Shown here piece by piece: positions 10,258-20,571 of a stretch of 64,000 nucleotides of DNA. Each line of letters starts with the position of its first letter. The first letter of the stretch is position 1. A program made the translations under genes and the position numbers. The notes under the pieces are model-generated. The model searched no databases. It saw only the letters and a program-made list of their open reading frames with translations, and had not been told where the DNA came from. This stretch comes from an uncultured Gammaproteobacteria bacterium (GTDB lineage: Bacteria > Pseudomonadota > Gammaproteobacteria > Arenicellales > UBA868): NCBI GenBank assembly GCA_905612355.1, contig CAJQRU010000111.1:1690-65689 (forward strand). The letters are read 5' to 3'.

Positions 10258-11007
10258 ATGGAGAAAAGAAGAGTTGCTAACGAACCGGCATTTCTTCTGC
10301 ACCGCAGGCCCTATACGGAAAGCAGTGTATTGATTGATCTATTCTCACGTGATCATGGCAGGATTGTATTGATCGCCAAAGGTGCCCGAAAACTGAAATC
10401 CCGCTGGCGAGGTTCGCTATTGCCCTTTCAACCGCTGATAACTGCGTGGAGTGGGCGGGGAGAGGTTAAGACGGTGACTGGTATGGAAGCCGAGGGACCG
10501 TCCTATGTGTTGCGAGGCAAGGCACTTTATTGTGGTTATTACATGAACGAGCTCGTATTGCGTCTGTTGCACCGGTTCGATCCGCACGAGGGTGTGTTCG
10601 ATAATTATCGAAGCGCACTGGCGCTCTTGTCTGCCGAAGGGGATCAGGAGCGAGTGCTCCGAATTTTTGAAAAGCAGTTGTTAAGAGATGTGGGTTACGG
10701 CATGCATTTGGTCCGGGATGCTGATCACGGAAACCCAATTGAGCCTGGGGCGCGTTATCGGTATAGGCCCGATGCCGGTCCGCTGCAATACTCAGACACC
10801 GATCACCACGGGGTTTCGGTGCATGGTGCCACCTTGCTGGCGCTTGAGGAAGAGGTAGAATTCGACGAACGAACTCGCAGGGAATCGAAACGACTCATTC
10901 GGTCGGTGTTGGATTATCATCTCGGTGGACAAGTATTACGTACCCGAATTGTTTACGGTCAGATGTTTCCCTCGGGGATTGGACAGAATGGACTCGCTGG
11001 CAATTAA
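10258..11007 (+). CDS. recO: DNA repair protein RecO
   Basis: 249 aa beginning AFLLHRRPYTESSVLIDLFSRDHGRI, in the position after era. Confidence 0.88.
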   Translation: MEKRRVANEPAFLLHRRPYTESSVLIDLFSRDHGRIVLIAKGARKLKSRWRGSLLPFQPLITAWSGRGEVKTVTGMEAEGPSYVLRGKALYCGYYMNELVLRLLHRFDPHEGVFDNYRSALALLSAEGDQERVLRIFEKQLLRDVGYGMHLVRDADHGNPIEPGARYRYRPDAGPLQYSDTDHHGVSVHGATLLALEEEVEFDERTRRESKRLIRSVLDYHLGGQVLRTRIVYGQMFPSGIGQNGLAGN

Positions 11008-11035
11008 TAACAACGAATCAGGTTTTGAATAGAAT

Positions 11036-11755
11036 ATGGATCTAGGCGTCAATATTGATCATGTTGCGACACTGCGTCAGGCGCGTGGTACGCGATACCC
11101 AGAGCCTGTGCACGCGGCGTTGATCGCTGAACAAGCCGGCGCCGATTTGATTACTGTTCATCTCAGGGAAGACCGCCGACATATTGTTGATCGGGACATC
11201 GAAATGTTGGTGGGGATGTTGCAGACTCGAATGAATCTCGAGATGGCCGCCACCGAAGAAATGACGATGATCGCGGCCAGAATTCGTCCACACGATGTAT
11301 GTCTGGTTCCGGAGAAACGCGAAGAGTTAACAACGGAAGGCGGACTTGACGTTGTCTCCCAGGAAGGGACGCTTAAGTCGACAGTGTCGACCCTAACGGC
11401 TGCCGGAATTCGTGTTTCTCTGTTTGTTGATCCAGATGTGGCGCAAATTAGGGCCTGCCAGGCAGTGGGGGCAAACGCTATTGAACTTCACACAGGAGTG
11501 TTCGCAGCATTAGTCGATCCGGTCGAGGCTCATACCGAACGAGAACGAATTGTCCAAGCGGCAGCCGAGGGGAAGCGATTAGGTTTGAGAGTTAACGCGG
11601 GTCACGGACTGCACTATCACAATGTTCAGGCGATCGCATCAATCGAAGCGATTAGCGAATTGAATATCGGGCACTCAATTATCGCGCGCGCTGTTTTTTC
11701 CGGCCTGGCGAATGCTGTTCGGGAAATGAAACGATTAATCCAAACGGCAGCGTGA
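11036..11755 (+). CDS. pdxJ: pyridoxine 5'-phosphate synthase
   Basis: 239 aa with [25 protein letters not shown] and NAGHGL. Confidence 0.95.
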   Translation: MDLGVNIDHVATLRQARGTRYPEPVHAALIAEQAGADLITVHLREDRRHIVDRDIEMLVGMLQTRMNLEMAATEEMTMIAARIRPHDVCLVPEKREELTTEGGLDVVSQEGTLKSTVSTLTAAGIRVSLFVDPDVAQIRACQAVGANAIELHTGVFAALVDPVEAHTERERIVQAAAEGKRLGLRVNAGHGLHYHNVQAIASIEAISELNIGHSIIARAVFSGLANAVREMKRLIQTAA

Positions 11756-11786
11756 GACGGTCTGTCTGACCGAGGGGTCAACCCTT

Positions 11787-12893
11787 ATGACAGGTGCTTA
11801 TTTGACGCCATCCATTCGGATAAGGCGAACTCCGTTTTCGAGTCGAGTTGAGCAGGCCGGAGTCAAGGCGTACACCGTTTACAACCACATGCTCCTTCCG
11901 CAGGTTTTCGAGTCGATTGAAGAGGACTACGCACACCTGAAACGGGCTGTGCAATTGTGGGATGTCGCGGCGGAGCGTCAGGTCGAAGTCGTAGGGCCGG
12001 ATGCGTTCAGGCTGGTGCAGATGATGACCCCGAGAGATATCACGAGCATGGCCGATGACCAGTGCTTTTATGTTCCGATGGTCGACGAGCGTGGACGGAT
12101 GTTGAACGATCCGGTGGCAATAAAACGGAATCGGAATCGTTACTGGTTATCATTGGCAGATACCGATATGTTGTATTACTGCAAAGGGTTGGCCGCAGGG
12201 TTTGGGCTTGATGTGCAAGTGTTTGAACCCGACGTTTCCCCATTGGCGGTTCAGGGACCAAAGGCCGATCAGTTGATTGCGCGTGTTTTTGGAGAAGAGG
12301 TGGTGACGACCCGATTCTTTCGGTATCAAACTGTTTCGTTTCAGGGTCATGAAATGGTTATTGCCCGATCAGGATGGTCTCATCAAGGGGGGTTTGAAAT
12401 CTATCTTGATGGTTCAGATTATGGCGAGGCGTTATGGGATCTTCTCTTTGATGCGGGTCGGGACTTGGACGTTCGCGCAGGTTGCCCCAATACCATTGAG
12501 CGGATCGAGGCGGGGCTGCTTAGTTTTGGGAGCGATATCACCATCGAGCACACGCCATTCGAGGTCGGTCTGGGAAAGTACTGTGATCTTGATACAGCTA
12601 CCGCGTGTCTTGGCCATAAGGCCTTGCTGGCAAACCGGGAACCCGAACGTCAGATTAGGCCATTAACGATAGCCGGCGATGCGTTACCGCCAATAGATTG
12701 TCGTTGGAGCCTAACGAATTCAGACGGTGAGTCGGTCGGTTATGTTTCTTCAGCCACTTGGTCTCCAGACTTTGCTGAGAATATTGCCATTGGCATGGTC
12801 AGCCAAACAGTTTGGAATGCGGGCACTATTTTGGATGCGCAAACACCCACCGGTGTTCGTTCTGTGTTGGTGAGGGAAAAATACTGGAATTGA
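11787..12893 (+). CDS. GcvT-family aminomethyltransferase, DmdA-like (candidate dimethylsulfoniopropionate demethylase)
   Basis: 368 aa with IRIRRTPF, EEDYAHLKRAVQLWDV, DVSPLAVQGPKAD, ARSGWSHQGGFEIYL and CPNTIERIEAGLLSFG. As far as I recall these match the motifs of marine DmdA proteins. The assignment is family-level only. Confidence 0.6.
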   Translation: MTGAYLTPSIRIRRTPFSSRVEQAGVKAYTVYNHMLLPQVFESIEEDYAHLKRAVQLWDVAAERQVEVVGPDAFRLVQMMTPRDITSMADDQCFYVPMVDERGRMLNDPVAIKRNRNRYWLSLADTDMLYYCKGLAAGFGLDVQVFEPDVSPLAVQGPKADQLIARVFGEEVVTTRFFRYQTVSFQGHEMVIARSGWSHQGGFEIYLDGSDYGEALWDLLFDAGRDLDVRAGCPNTIERIEAGLLSFGSDITIEHTPFEVGLGKYCDLDTATACLGHKALLANREPERQIRPLTIAGDALPPIDCRWSLTNSDGESVGYVSSATWSPDFAENIAIGMVSQTVWNAGTILDAQTPTGVRSVLVREKYWN

Positions 12894-12926
12894 GCAGCGG
12901 GCCGAAAAGTCGCGTGGCTCGTTAAG

Positions 12927-13202
12927 CTACTTCTTTTGCGGAGCAAAACCGGCCGGTTGGCCGCCAAGATCGCCTTCTTGGAAAAGAAATCCTTTCATAT
13001 TCTCTTCAATAACGTCAAGATTCTCAGGGTCAGCGGTACTTAATTGATTCTCGTTGATGATGAGGACAAGGCGCTCAAGCCATTGTTGCCATGCATCCTT
13101 AGAAATATTCTCGAATACCCTTTGGCCGAGTTCGCCGGGGTAGGGCGCTTCTGAGAGACCTTCAGCTTCCCGCTTAAGCAAGGCGCATTGGACAGTTCGC
13201 AT
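12927..13202 (-). CDS. yggX: Fe(2+)-trafficking protein YggX
   Basis: 91 aa beginning MRTVQCALLKREAEGL, with PYPGELGQRVFENISKDAWQQW. Confidence 0.88.
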   Translation of the reverse strand: MRTVQCALLKREAEGLSEAPYPGELGQRVFENISKDAWQQWLERLVLIINENQLSTADPENLDVIEENMKGFLFQEGDLGGQPAGFAPQKK

Positions 13203-13322
13203 GGTATGATTTCCCCCTGAGTCAGGGTTAGCCGACCCGTAACATGCGAAAGCATGATCAGGGTCGTAATTATGAAGCTAAAATTCTAACATTCTTCATG
13301 GGCTTTCAGGAGAACAGACAAT

Positions 13323-13697
13323 ATGGACGTGCAAGAAAACACCAAGACCATGGCTGAGCTTATCAATGTCACCGATGCTGCCAGGCACAAGATGGCAGAA
13401 CTGATTGAGGGAGCCGACGCCGATATCGAGGCGGTTCGTGTGTTTGTGTCCGGCGGTGGCTGTGGGGGGATGAATTATGGTATGACTTTTGCCGACCGTC
13501 TTGATGAACGTGATCAGGTTTTCACTGGAGATGTAGGGTTTCGATTGTATATGGACCCCGTGGCACTGGGATATATGCATGGCGCCGAGATTGACTATAA
13601 GGACGACGGCGTCAATGCTACCTTTGTGTTTAATAATGTGTTTAAGAGTGTTGGAGGTAGCGGTGCTTGTGGAGGCTGTGGAGGGGCTTCACACTGA
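13323..13697 (+). CDS. A-type iron-sulfur cluster carrier (ErpA/IscA/HesB family)
   Basis: Contains VFVSGGGCGGMNYGM and a C-terminal CGGCGG motif. The real start may be the Met at 13350 (MAELINVT...). Confidence 0.8.
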   Translation: MDVQENTKTMAELINVTDAARHKMAELIEGADADIEAVRVFVSGGGCGGMNYGMTFADRLDERDQVFTGDVGFRLYMDPVALGYMHGAEIDYKDDGVNATFVFNNVFKSVGGSGACGGCGGASH

Positions 13698-13809
13698 AGT
13701 GAGGGCGTTGCCTTCGAGTGATATCTGATGCATTAAGGGCACGGATTAAGGTTTGGCCAGTAAAACTTAAGGGCGGCCTCGTCGGATCAAATCAACCCGG
13801 AAAACGGTC

Positions 13810-15063
13810 TTGCTGGTGGCGCATCCTGCCAGTTACCGGACGGCTTCGTTTATTCGGGCGGGAGAGCGGCTAGGGGTACGCACGGTCGTGGCATCGAATA
13901 GTCGTTTAGGGCTTTCGCCGACCGGGCGCCCCGGCGTCGAGATAGACTTTTCTGACCCTCAAACCGCCGTCGAACGGGTCAGGCAATTTCATGCCCGCGA
14001 TCCGATCAGCGCTGTCCTCGGTGTTGAGGATGGCTCTTTGGAGATCGCGGCGTCAGTAGCGCAGGTCTTATCACTCAAGTCGAATGAACCGCAAGCGATT
14101 CAAGACGCGCGGCTGAAACATCAGTGTCGGAACATCCTGGCGACTGCCGGTTTATTAAGTCCGACGTATCGTGTGCTTGAACCAGAGGAGATGATCAGTT
14201 CCGAGTGGGTCGGTGAGTGCGAATTTCCCTGTGTGGTGAAACCGGTTTCATTGTCCGGGAGTCGTGGGGTGATTCGCGCTGATAACGTAAACGAGTTGTC
14301 GGCGGCGATTGTGCGGGTCAAACGAATGCTTGAGAGAGAGAACCCGAATCTAGATCGTTGCATACTGATAGAAAAGTTTATCGACGGTCATGAATATGCC
14401 ATCGAGGGGGTACTGCATTCAGGAAAATTCCAATGCCTCGCTATTTTCGACAAACCTGATCCATTGGATGGCCCGTACTTTGAGGAAACCATTTATCTCA
14501 CCCCGCCCGATATTCGAAACGATCTCAAGGCAGACATCGTCAAGACGATCGCGATCGCGTGCCGCGCGATTGGTCTGACGCATGGCCCTATCCACGCAGA
14601 GTGTCGCGTCAACAGCAAGGGCGTTTGGGTGCTTGAGGTTGCGCCCCGCACTATCGGCGGACAGTGCGGGAGATTATTGGAATTAGCCCTCGGTCTCTCA
14701 TTGGAAGAAGTCATTATGAGCAATGCGCTGGGTCATTCTGCCTACGTTCAAAATGATGGCCAGTCGGCAGGGGTAATGATGATTCCGGTTCCGGGTCCAG
14801 GGGTGCTCCGCCGCCTTGAGGGCTTAGCTCGGGCCCGCGCGGTAGACCGGATTGAGTCGGTATTGATCGATGTGCATCCAGGGCATCTTTTTGTCCCCTG
14901 GCCTGAGGGTTCCAGTTATCCAGGGTTTATTTTTGCCAAAGCCCCAGACACGGCACAGGTTGAGCGTGCATTGCGTCAGGCGCACGCACAACTAAAGTTT
15001 GTATTGGCCCCCCATTTTCCTATCGCCGTACCGGTGATGCGGGGGGTAAACGAGTCGTTGTGA
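13810..15063 (+). CDS. ATP-grasp domain protein (carboxylate-amine ligase-like)
   Basis: 417 aa with the ATP-grasp core FPCVVKPVSLSGSRGVIRA, LIEKFIDGHEYAIEG and GPIHAECRV...GVWVLEVAPR. TTG start, with an in-frame stop 39 nt upstream. Confidence 0.7.
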   Translation: MLVAHPASYRTASFIRAGERLGVRTVVASNSRLGLSPTGRPGVEIDFSDPQTAVERVRQFHARDPISAVLGVEDGSLEIAASVAQVLSLKSNEPQAIQDARLKHQCRNILATAGLLSPTYRVLEPEEMISSEWVGECEFPCVVKPVSLSGSRGVIRADNVNELSAAIVRVKRMLERENPNLDRCILIEKFIDGHEYAIEGVLHSGKFQCLAIFDKPDPLDGPYFEETIYLTPPDIRNDLKADIVKTIAIACRAIGLTHGPIHAECRVNSKGVWVLEVAPRTIGGQCGRLLELALGLSLEEVIMSNALGHSAYVQNDGQSAGVMMIPVPGPGVLRRLEGLARARAVDRIESVLIDVHPGHLFVPWPEGSSYPGFIFAKAPDTAQVERALRQAHAQLKFVLAPHFPIAVPVMRGVNESL

Positions 15064-15448
15064 TGATTCACTCCGAGTGGGGCTTACAGAGGCTGAGTTG
15101 GCGGCGAGGATTTGGCAGAGCACTCGATAAAATGAATCACTTGGCCGCCGAACGTGCCGGGGGCTAATGTCGATGGTTGTTTGGCGTGGGTTGGGTCTTT
15201 TCGGTACTCGAGCAGTTGACAACTGTAACGATGCGGTCGTACTAACGGCCCATTGATGTCCGGTTTCTTCGGGCTATAGGCAGTAGGCCTCGCCAAATTG
15301 TCAGGGGGAACGGCCCCATAACGCTACGCTCGGTGGGGGTATTTCCTAGGGGATGGGAGGCGGGTTCAATGTGGACTGGGTATTGGTGGCTCGAAGAGAG
15401 GCTCGAGGACGTTATAGTCTCGTCATTGATAAGCAAAGAGAGGAATAA

Positions 15449-16225
15449 ATGAAGAGTTTAACGGTGGAAAAAGATGACTACGTCACAACGGTGACGCTGA
15501 ATCGGGTTGAGAAGCGTAATGCGATGTCGCTTTCGATGTGGCAGGCGTTGGGCGATTTGTATCAGGAACTCGAAATAGACGATGACACTCGCGTCATTAT
15601 TTTGACGGGGGCGGGAGGGCATTTTTGTGCGGGAGCTGACATCAGTGAATTTCCAACGGTTCGTCATAACGCACAGGCCGGGGAGCGATATGACGTCGTT
15701 GCAGATGCCTGTGAGATGGCGATCCTTGAAAGCAGCAAGCCGACTATCGCGGCTATTGATGGTGTCTGCGTAGGCGGTGGTATGGGTCTGGCCGTGTGTT
15801 GTGACTTTCGTATCGCCAGTCGGGGAGCGCGCTTTGGGATTACCGCCGCGCGACTGGGTATTATTTATGGTCTCACCGAGACTCGCATTCTCTACGACCT
15901 GGTTGGTCCATCATCTGCTAAGCGGATTTTAATGTCGGGCGAAATATTTCCAGTGGAGGCTGCCGAGAGTATGGGTTTATTGCAGTCATTAGTGGAATCA
16001 GATGCGTTAGCGGCTGCCCAAGACTTCGCGAGAAGGCTGTCTGACAATGCGCCGTTGTCTGTGATGGGAGCAAAGAAGATTATCGCCAGTCTGACCAACG
16101 GGACGGCTGATCAGGAGAAACAGGAGATCGCGCAGCGCGTATTGGATGCCTTTGATAGTGAGGATTATCGTGAAGGCCAAAAAGCGTTTCTCGCAAAAAG
16201 GAAGCCGAATTTCAAGGGGCGCTGA
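15449..16225 (+). CDS. enoyl-CoA hydratase/isomerase (crotonase) family protein
   Basis: 258 aa with VTLNRVEKRNAMS, ILTGAGGHFCAGADI and AIDGVCVGGGMGLAV. Confidence 0.88.
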   Translation: MKSLTVEKDDYVTTVTLNRVEKRNAMSLSMWQALGDLYQELEIDDDTRVIILTGAGGHFCAGADISEFPTVRHNAQAGERYDVVADACEMAILESSKPTIAAIDGVCVGGGMGLAVCCDFRIASRGARFGITAARLGIIYGLTETRILYDLVGPSSAKRILMSGEIFPVEAAESMGLLQSLVESDALAAAQDFARRLSDNAPLSVMGAKKIIASLTNGTADQEKQEIAQRVLDAFDSEDYREGQKAFLAKRKPNFKGR

Positions 16226-16323
16226 GATAGGGTGAGTTTTAGGGGCGCAGTGTCTGGACAGTTGCCCAAGGGTTCTGCAGGCTCCGGGCGACAGCATGTT
16301 CGGGGGTTAGGTGCGGGCAGTGC

Positions 16324-16872
16324 ATGGAAAGAAGAAAGGATATGAAATCACAAAAGGACATAGATTGGCATCAGGATATTTTCGATGTCCTAGAACGCCA
16401 AGGCATAGATCTAATCGCTCATGTTCCCGATGCCGGTCATGCGCCGTTGATTCGAAAATGTGACGCGCGTAACGATATGGATGTGGTGACCTTAACTACT
16501 GAAGAAGAGGGTGTTGGGTTGCTGTGTGGCGCCTGGGCCGGCGGACGGAAGGGCGTTTTATTAATGCAGTCAAGTGGCGTTGGCAATTGCATCAACGCGT
16601 TGGCGCTGCCCGTTATTTGTCGGGTTCCATTCCTGTCGATAATTTCCATGCGTGGAGAGTGGGGCGAGTTTATTCCGTGGCAAGTGCCGATGGGTCGCGG
16701 CACCCCGAAGGTATTGGAGGCAATGGAGGTCAGTGTTTTTCGTGCCGACGCTAAAGAGAAAGTGGGTGAGACGGTAAACGCGGCGGGACAGTTCGCGTTC
16801 AACACCCGTCGATCGGCTGCTGTACTGTTATCCCAAGAAATGTTGGGCGCAAAGCAGTTTAAGGAGGGTTGA
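16324..16872 (+). CDS. TPP-dependent decarboxylase, alpha (N-terminal pyrimidine-binding) subunit, sulfopyruvate decarboxylase ComD-like
   Basis: 182 aa containing LTTEEEGVGLLCGAWAGGRKGVLLMQSSGVGN. The split two-gene architecture (182+193 aa) is typical of ComDE. Phosphonopyruvate decarboxylase cannot be excluded. Confidence 0.6.
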   Translation: MERRKDMKSQKDIDWHQDIFDVLERQGIDLIAHVPDAGHAPLIRKCDARNDMDVVTLTTEEEGVGLLCGAWAGGRKGVLLMQSSGVGNCINALALPVICRVPFLSIISMRGEWGEFIPWQVPMGRGTPKVLEAMEVSVFRADAKEKVGETVNAAGQFAFNTRRSAAVLLSQEMLGAKQFKEG

Positions 16873-16876
16873 TTTC

Positions 16877-17458
16877 ATGTTTCAGAGAAGAGCCCTAGTC
16901 GAATCTCTCTTGGAGCATCGGCCTGCGAATATGGTGGTGGTATCCAGTCTGGGTAACCCCACTTGGGACGTGGCATCGGTTGGTGATCACCCACTTAACT
17001 TTAACTTTATCGGGGCGATGGGGCAGGCGGGCCCGTTTGCGCTGGGATTGGCTATGGCTAGGCCGGAAAAGAGGATCGTCTTATTCGCCGGTGACGGTGA
17101 GTTGCTAATGAGCCTTGGTGTATTAGCGACCATCGCAAACCAGGCGCCTGCCAACTTGGCCGTTGTCGCGCTCGATAACGAAGCTTACGTCGAAACAGGT
17201 AGTCAGCCGACCGCTACTGCAGGGCCTACTGATCTTGAAGCGGTCGCGCGAGCGTGCGGGTTCGTGCAGACCCGTTCGGTGGTTGAAGAATTGCCGTTGG
17301 ATGACATTCGGGACATGGTATGGCAAGGAGAAGGACCACTGTTTGTGAATATTAAGATTGTGGCTGAAACGCTGCCGCTCGTTTTCCCCTATTCCTTTGA
17401 TGGTGCTACGGCTATGAATCGCTTCCGCGGTGCGGTAAATGACTCGGAAACGCATTAG
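16877..17458 (+). CDS. TPP-dependent decarboxylase, beta (C-terminal PP-binding) subunit, ComE-like
   Basis: 193 aa with TPP motif FAGDGELLMSLGVLATIA...VALDNEAY (GDG-x24-27-N). Confidence 0.6.
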   Translation: MFQRRALVESLLEHRPANMVVVSSLGNPTWDVASVGDHPLNFNFIGAMGQAGPFALGLAMARPEKRIVLFAGDGELLMSLGVLATIANQAPANLAVVALDNEAYVETGSQPTATAGPTDLEAVARACGFVQTRSVVEELPLDDIRDMVWQGEGPLFVNIKIVAETLPLVFPYSFDGATAMNRFRGAVNDSETH

Positions 17459-18070
17459 TTGGCATCAAGTTCCTCCTAACGGCCATTAAGTCGCCGCGAG
17501 GTTGGGTCAGCCTGGTTGGCCATTGATGATGCTAAGGTTGGCAATGGGGCGATGCAGGTAACCCAGCTTCACACAAGGTGGCCCAGATCGTATTTCATGG
17601 CAGTGAGGCTGAGGAAAATAACGTCCTGACTCAGACAGTGCGGGATGCCGGTCGCTATGAGGGCGCGCCGGTTTCCTTGGCGTAAAAGCATGCGAGATGT
17701 CATTGCATTCGTATTGGACGTTGCATGGTTCGGATGTAACTCAATCCTAGAGACGCCGTTGTGGTCTGGCAATGCGATTTCTTTCTTACGATGTTCAGGC
17801 CTACAACGGTTGGAGTGCGCACTCGGTGATTTGCCGCGGGAAGGATCCGACTGGACATTGGGCTGATCATTCCCGTCCGACTGGTGAACAGGTGCCGGTT
17901 CCGGGTAACCCCGAAAGCTCGATGAATGACTTGGTCAACCCGGCCGGAGTTGGTGTAGACAGTAGAAAATGAGTGAGTTTTTGCGAATGCGTTTTTGATA
18001 ACCGCTCAGGACACAACTACGGGGGTCTGCGTTCTTTGTCATTACGCTAAGCATCATCTATGTGGAGACC

Positions 18071-19042
18071 TTAAGCGTAGCGGATTCGCGGATCGAGCCA
18101 GGCATATGACAGATCGATAAGGAGGTTAATCCCAATAAAAACCACTGCAACCAACATAACTAACGCCTGGATCATGTTGTAGTCCGCGTACAGCACCGAC
18201 TCGACCAACAGACGACCAAGGCCATTAAGGTTAAAGACTTGTTCCGTGACGACAAGGCCGCCCATGAAGAAAGAAAACTCCATGCCGATAACCGTTACGA
18301 TAGGCAATAGCGCGTTGGGTAATGCGTGGCGATTGATTATGACTTTAAGGGGTAATCCTTTGGCCCGCGCCGAACGAATGAAGTCTTCATTTAGGATCTC
18401 GAGAAACGCAGCACGGGTCATGCGCGCCACCACGGCCGTATACCGATAGCCAGTGGCGAGCATGGGCCAAAACAAATGCGCCAGATTTTCCATCGGGTCT
18501 ACAAACAGCGACACATATTCAATCGGCGGCATCCAGGGTTCCCCGAACCAAGCTTGGGAAAAAGTAAATAGGCCCAGGATAATAAGAATCCCGAGCCAAA
18601 AGGAGGGAATGGCATTGCCGGCTATGGAAACTATACGGACCAGGTAATCGAGCCAAGTGTTTTGTTTTACAGCTGAGACGATCCCAAGGGGTATAGCGAT
18701 TAAAATAGAAGTGATGGTGGCCATGATGGCCAATTGAAGGGATAACGGGAAGCGTAACGCCAATTCTTCAATGACCGGCCGTCCCGTCCACATCGAATGA
18801 CCGAGATCAAAAGTCACTATGCCCTGGATAAACTGGAGGAACTGGACATGCAGGGGTGCATTGAGACCTAAATCGTTGCGACAGAACTCCAATAGACTCG
18901 GGTCGAGATCAGCGCCGTAGTCGACCCATCTCGCCAGACAAATATCCCCTGGAATAACCCGCATCAAGAAAAAAACCAGGACAGCGACCCCTAAAACGGT
19001 AGGGCCGATTAGGAGAAGCCGATTAAAAATGTAGGATTTCAC
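18071..19042 (-). CDS. ABC transporter permease (Dpp/Opp DppB-type), orphan
   Basis: 323 aa, six TM segments, N-terminus MKSYIFNRLLLIGPTVLGV, EAA-loop region FIRSARAKGLP. No partner genes lie on either side. Confidence 0.85.
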   Translation of the reverse strand: MKSYIFNRLLLIGPTVLGVAVLVFFLMRVIPGDICLARWVDYGADLDPSLLEFCRNDLGLNAPLHVQFLQFIQGIVTFDLGHSMWTGRPVIEELALRFPLSLQLAIMATITSILIAIPLGIVSAVKQNTWLDYLVRIVSIAGNAIPSFWLGILIILGLFTFSQAWFGEPWMPPIEYVSLFVDPMENLAHLFWPMLATGYRYTAVVARMTRAAFLEILNEDFIRSARAKGLPLKVIINRHALPNALLPIVTVIGMEFSFFMGGLVVTEQVFNLNGLGRLLVESVLYADYNMIQALVMLVAVVFIGINLLIDLSYAWLDPRIRYA

Positions 19043-19687
19043 TGAGAATGACTCAGGCAGATTGGTTATGGGTCATCGGCTATCGCGCCATAACCCACGT
19101 CCTCTACCTGCGTGGCTGTGGCGGAATATGGGTTTGAATCGAATTCAAACGTGAAGGGGAAGTCATGCTGAAACAGCCTGGGATAGGAGGCTAGTTGATG
19201 TCCAGTTTGGTACATGAGCGCGCGCTTTATTGATGATTTCGTGTCGTTTTCGTCTACGTGCACCGGACTACAGAGCAGACGTGATGGGTTTTGACAGGTT
19301 GGCCGAGCTGTTTTGGCGATCGTTGCAACCGGTGACGGCTAGTTAGGCGGTTGTGGTCATCGATTAGTTAAGTGCTCTTTTGTCGTTGGGTCAACGCTAG
19401 AGATATTACGTTAATTTCTCTATGGTTTGGCGTTGAGCGCTTGCTATACGTGAATGAAGTTGATCCATTGGTAGGGGAGAATTCGGCGCGTATGGGTAAT
19501 AGGTGTTGACGCTTCGGTAGGGCCTTCTGGTTGCTGATTAGTATGTGAAAGCCTGATGTCTCACAGAGAACACGTGACAAAATAATCAGAGCGGTAGTGC
19601 CATGGGTGTCCGCACGTAACCTTAGGTTAGGATGAATGACAGTTAGAGATATCCGTTGGGTCGAGGTATTCGTTTCTTATCGAGCAT

Positions 19688-20317
19688 TTAGTCAATGAGC
19701 TGTGACCAACGTAGATGAAGTGTGTCAAGGTCGGTGAATCCGGCAGCCAGCACTTGAGTGGGGCGGCTCAAGGCGTCGGGCGGCTGCCACAGTACGGTCG
19801 GGAACCCGCTGACACCAAGGGAACGGGCCTGAACTAACTCGCTCTCAAACGCAGCCTGCACCGCGGTGCCGGTAAGATCGCGTTCGAATTGGATCGCATC
19901 GAGGCCGACTTCAGCGGCAAGCGCAATCAAGGTGTCAAGATCGGAAGGATCACGGGCCTCGAGATAATAGGCGTGTTGTATTGCGGCGTACAGTTGTGCC
20001 CGGCCGCCCTTTTCCTGAAAGCCTGCTGCGATGACCGCGCGACAGGCGGGATAGGTCGCCCGTTTGGGTTGGCAAGTGTCCCAAAACGAAAAGTTGAACT
20101 GAGCACCCGTGCGAGCCTTGACGGCATGCCATGCGCCTTTCACATAGGCCTGAGTCTGAGCATCCATGGGTTCAGTGGCATCCGGTGCCAGGCCTCCCAT
20201 TAGGTCGGTAACGATGATGGATGGGGGTAACCTGGAGTGAAACGTGTCCCATACCGATCGAAATCCCCAGCACCAGCTGCACATGGGATCAACGATCAGA
20301 TAGAGCTGACCGAGCAT
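19688..20317 (-). CDS. DsbA-family thioredoxin-fold protein
   Basis: CxxC motif in LYLIVDPMCSWCWGF. I prefer the ATG at 20317; the track ORF starts at TTG 20347. Confidence 0.7.
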   Translation of the reverse strand: MLGQLYLIVDPMCSWCWGFRSVWDTFHSRLPPSIIVTDLMGGLAPDATEPMDAQTQAYVKGAWHAVKARTGAQFNFSFWDTCQPKRATYPACRAVIAAGFQEKGGRAQLYAAIQHAYYLEARDPSDLDTLIALAAEVGLDAIQFERDLTGTAVQAAFESELVQARSLGVSGFPTVLWQPPDALSRPTQVLAAGFTDLDTLHLRWSQLID

Positions 20318-20571
20318 ATTAAGCACGGGTGCCGGGCGAAATGACAAATATTGACCCTAATGGGGTATGGGTGATAAGACAAAATATGCGATTGAATCTA
20401 CGGGCATTGTATCAATCCAGAGATACAACGGGATTCACTCAATAATAAGGATTATCAGAACAGTGTGGGCGAGACAAAAGAAGTGGGTGGATGGGTTGGT
20501 TTGCTTGTGTGTTTGTTTGTGCTGCGTACCGCGTTATGTCATCTTGATTTTATCAACACGGAGAAAATGTT

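Noticed and set aside
15064-15448. 385-bp gap between the ATP-grasp and crotonase genes, with three short minus-strand ORFs
   Set aside because: No motif, repeat or obvious stable hairpin was recognised. It could be a promoter region or the relic of a regulator, but nothing in the sequence lets me support a call.
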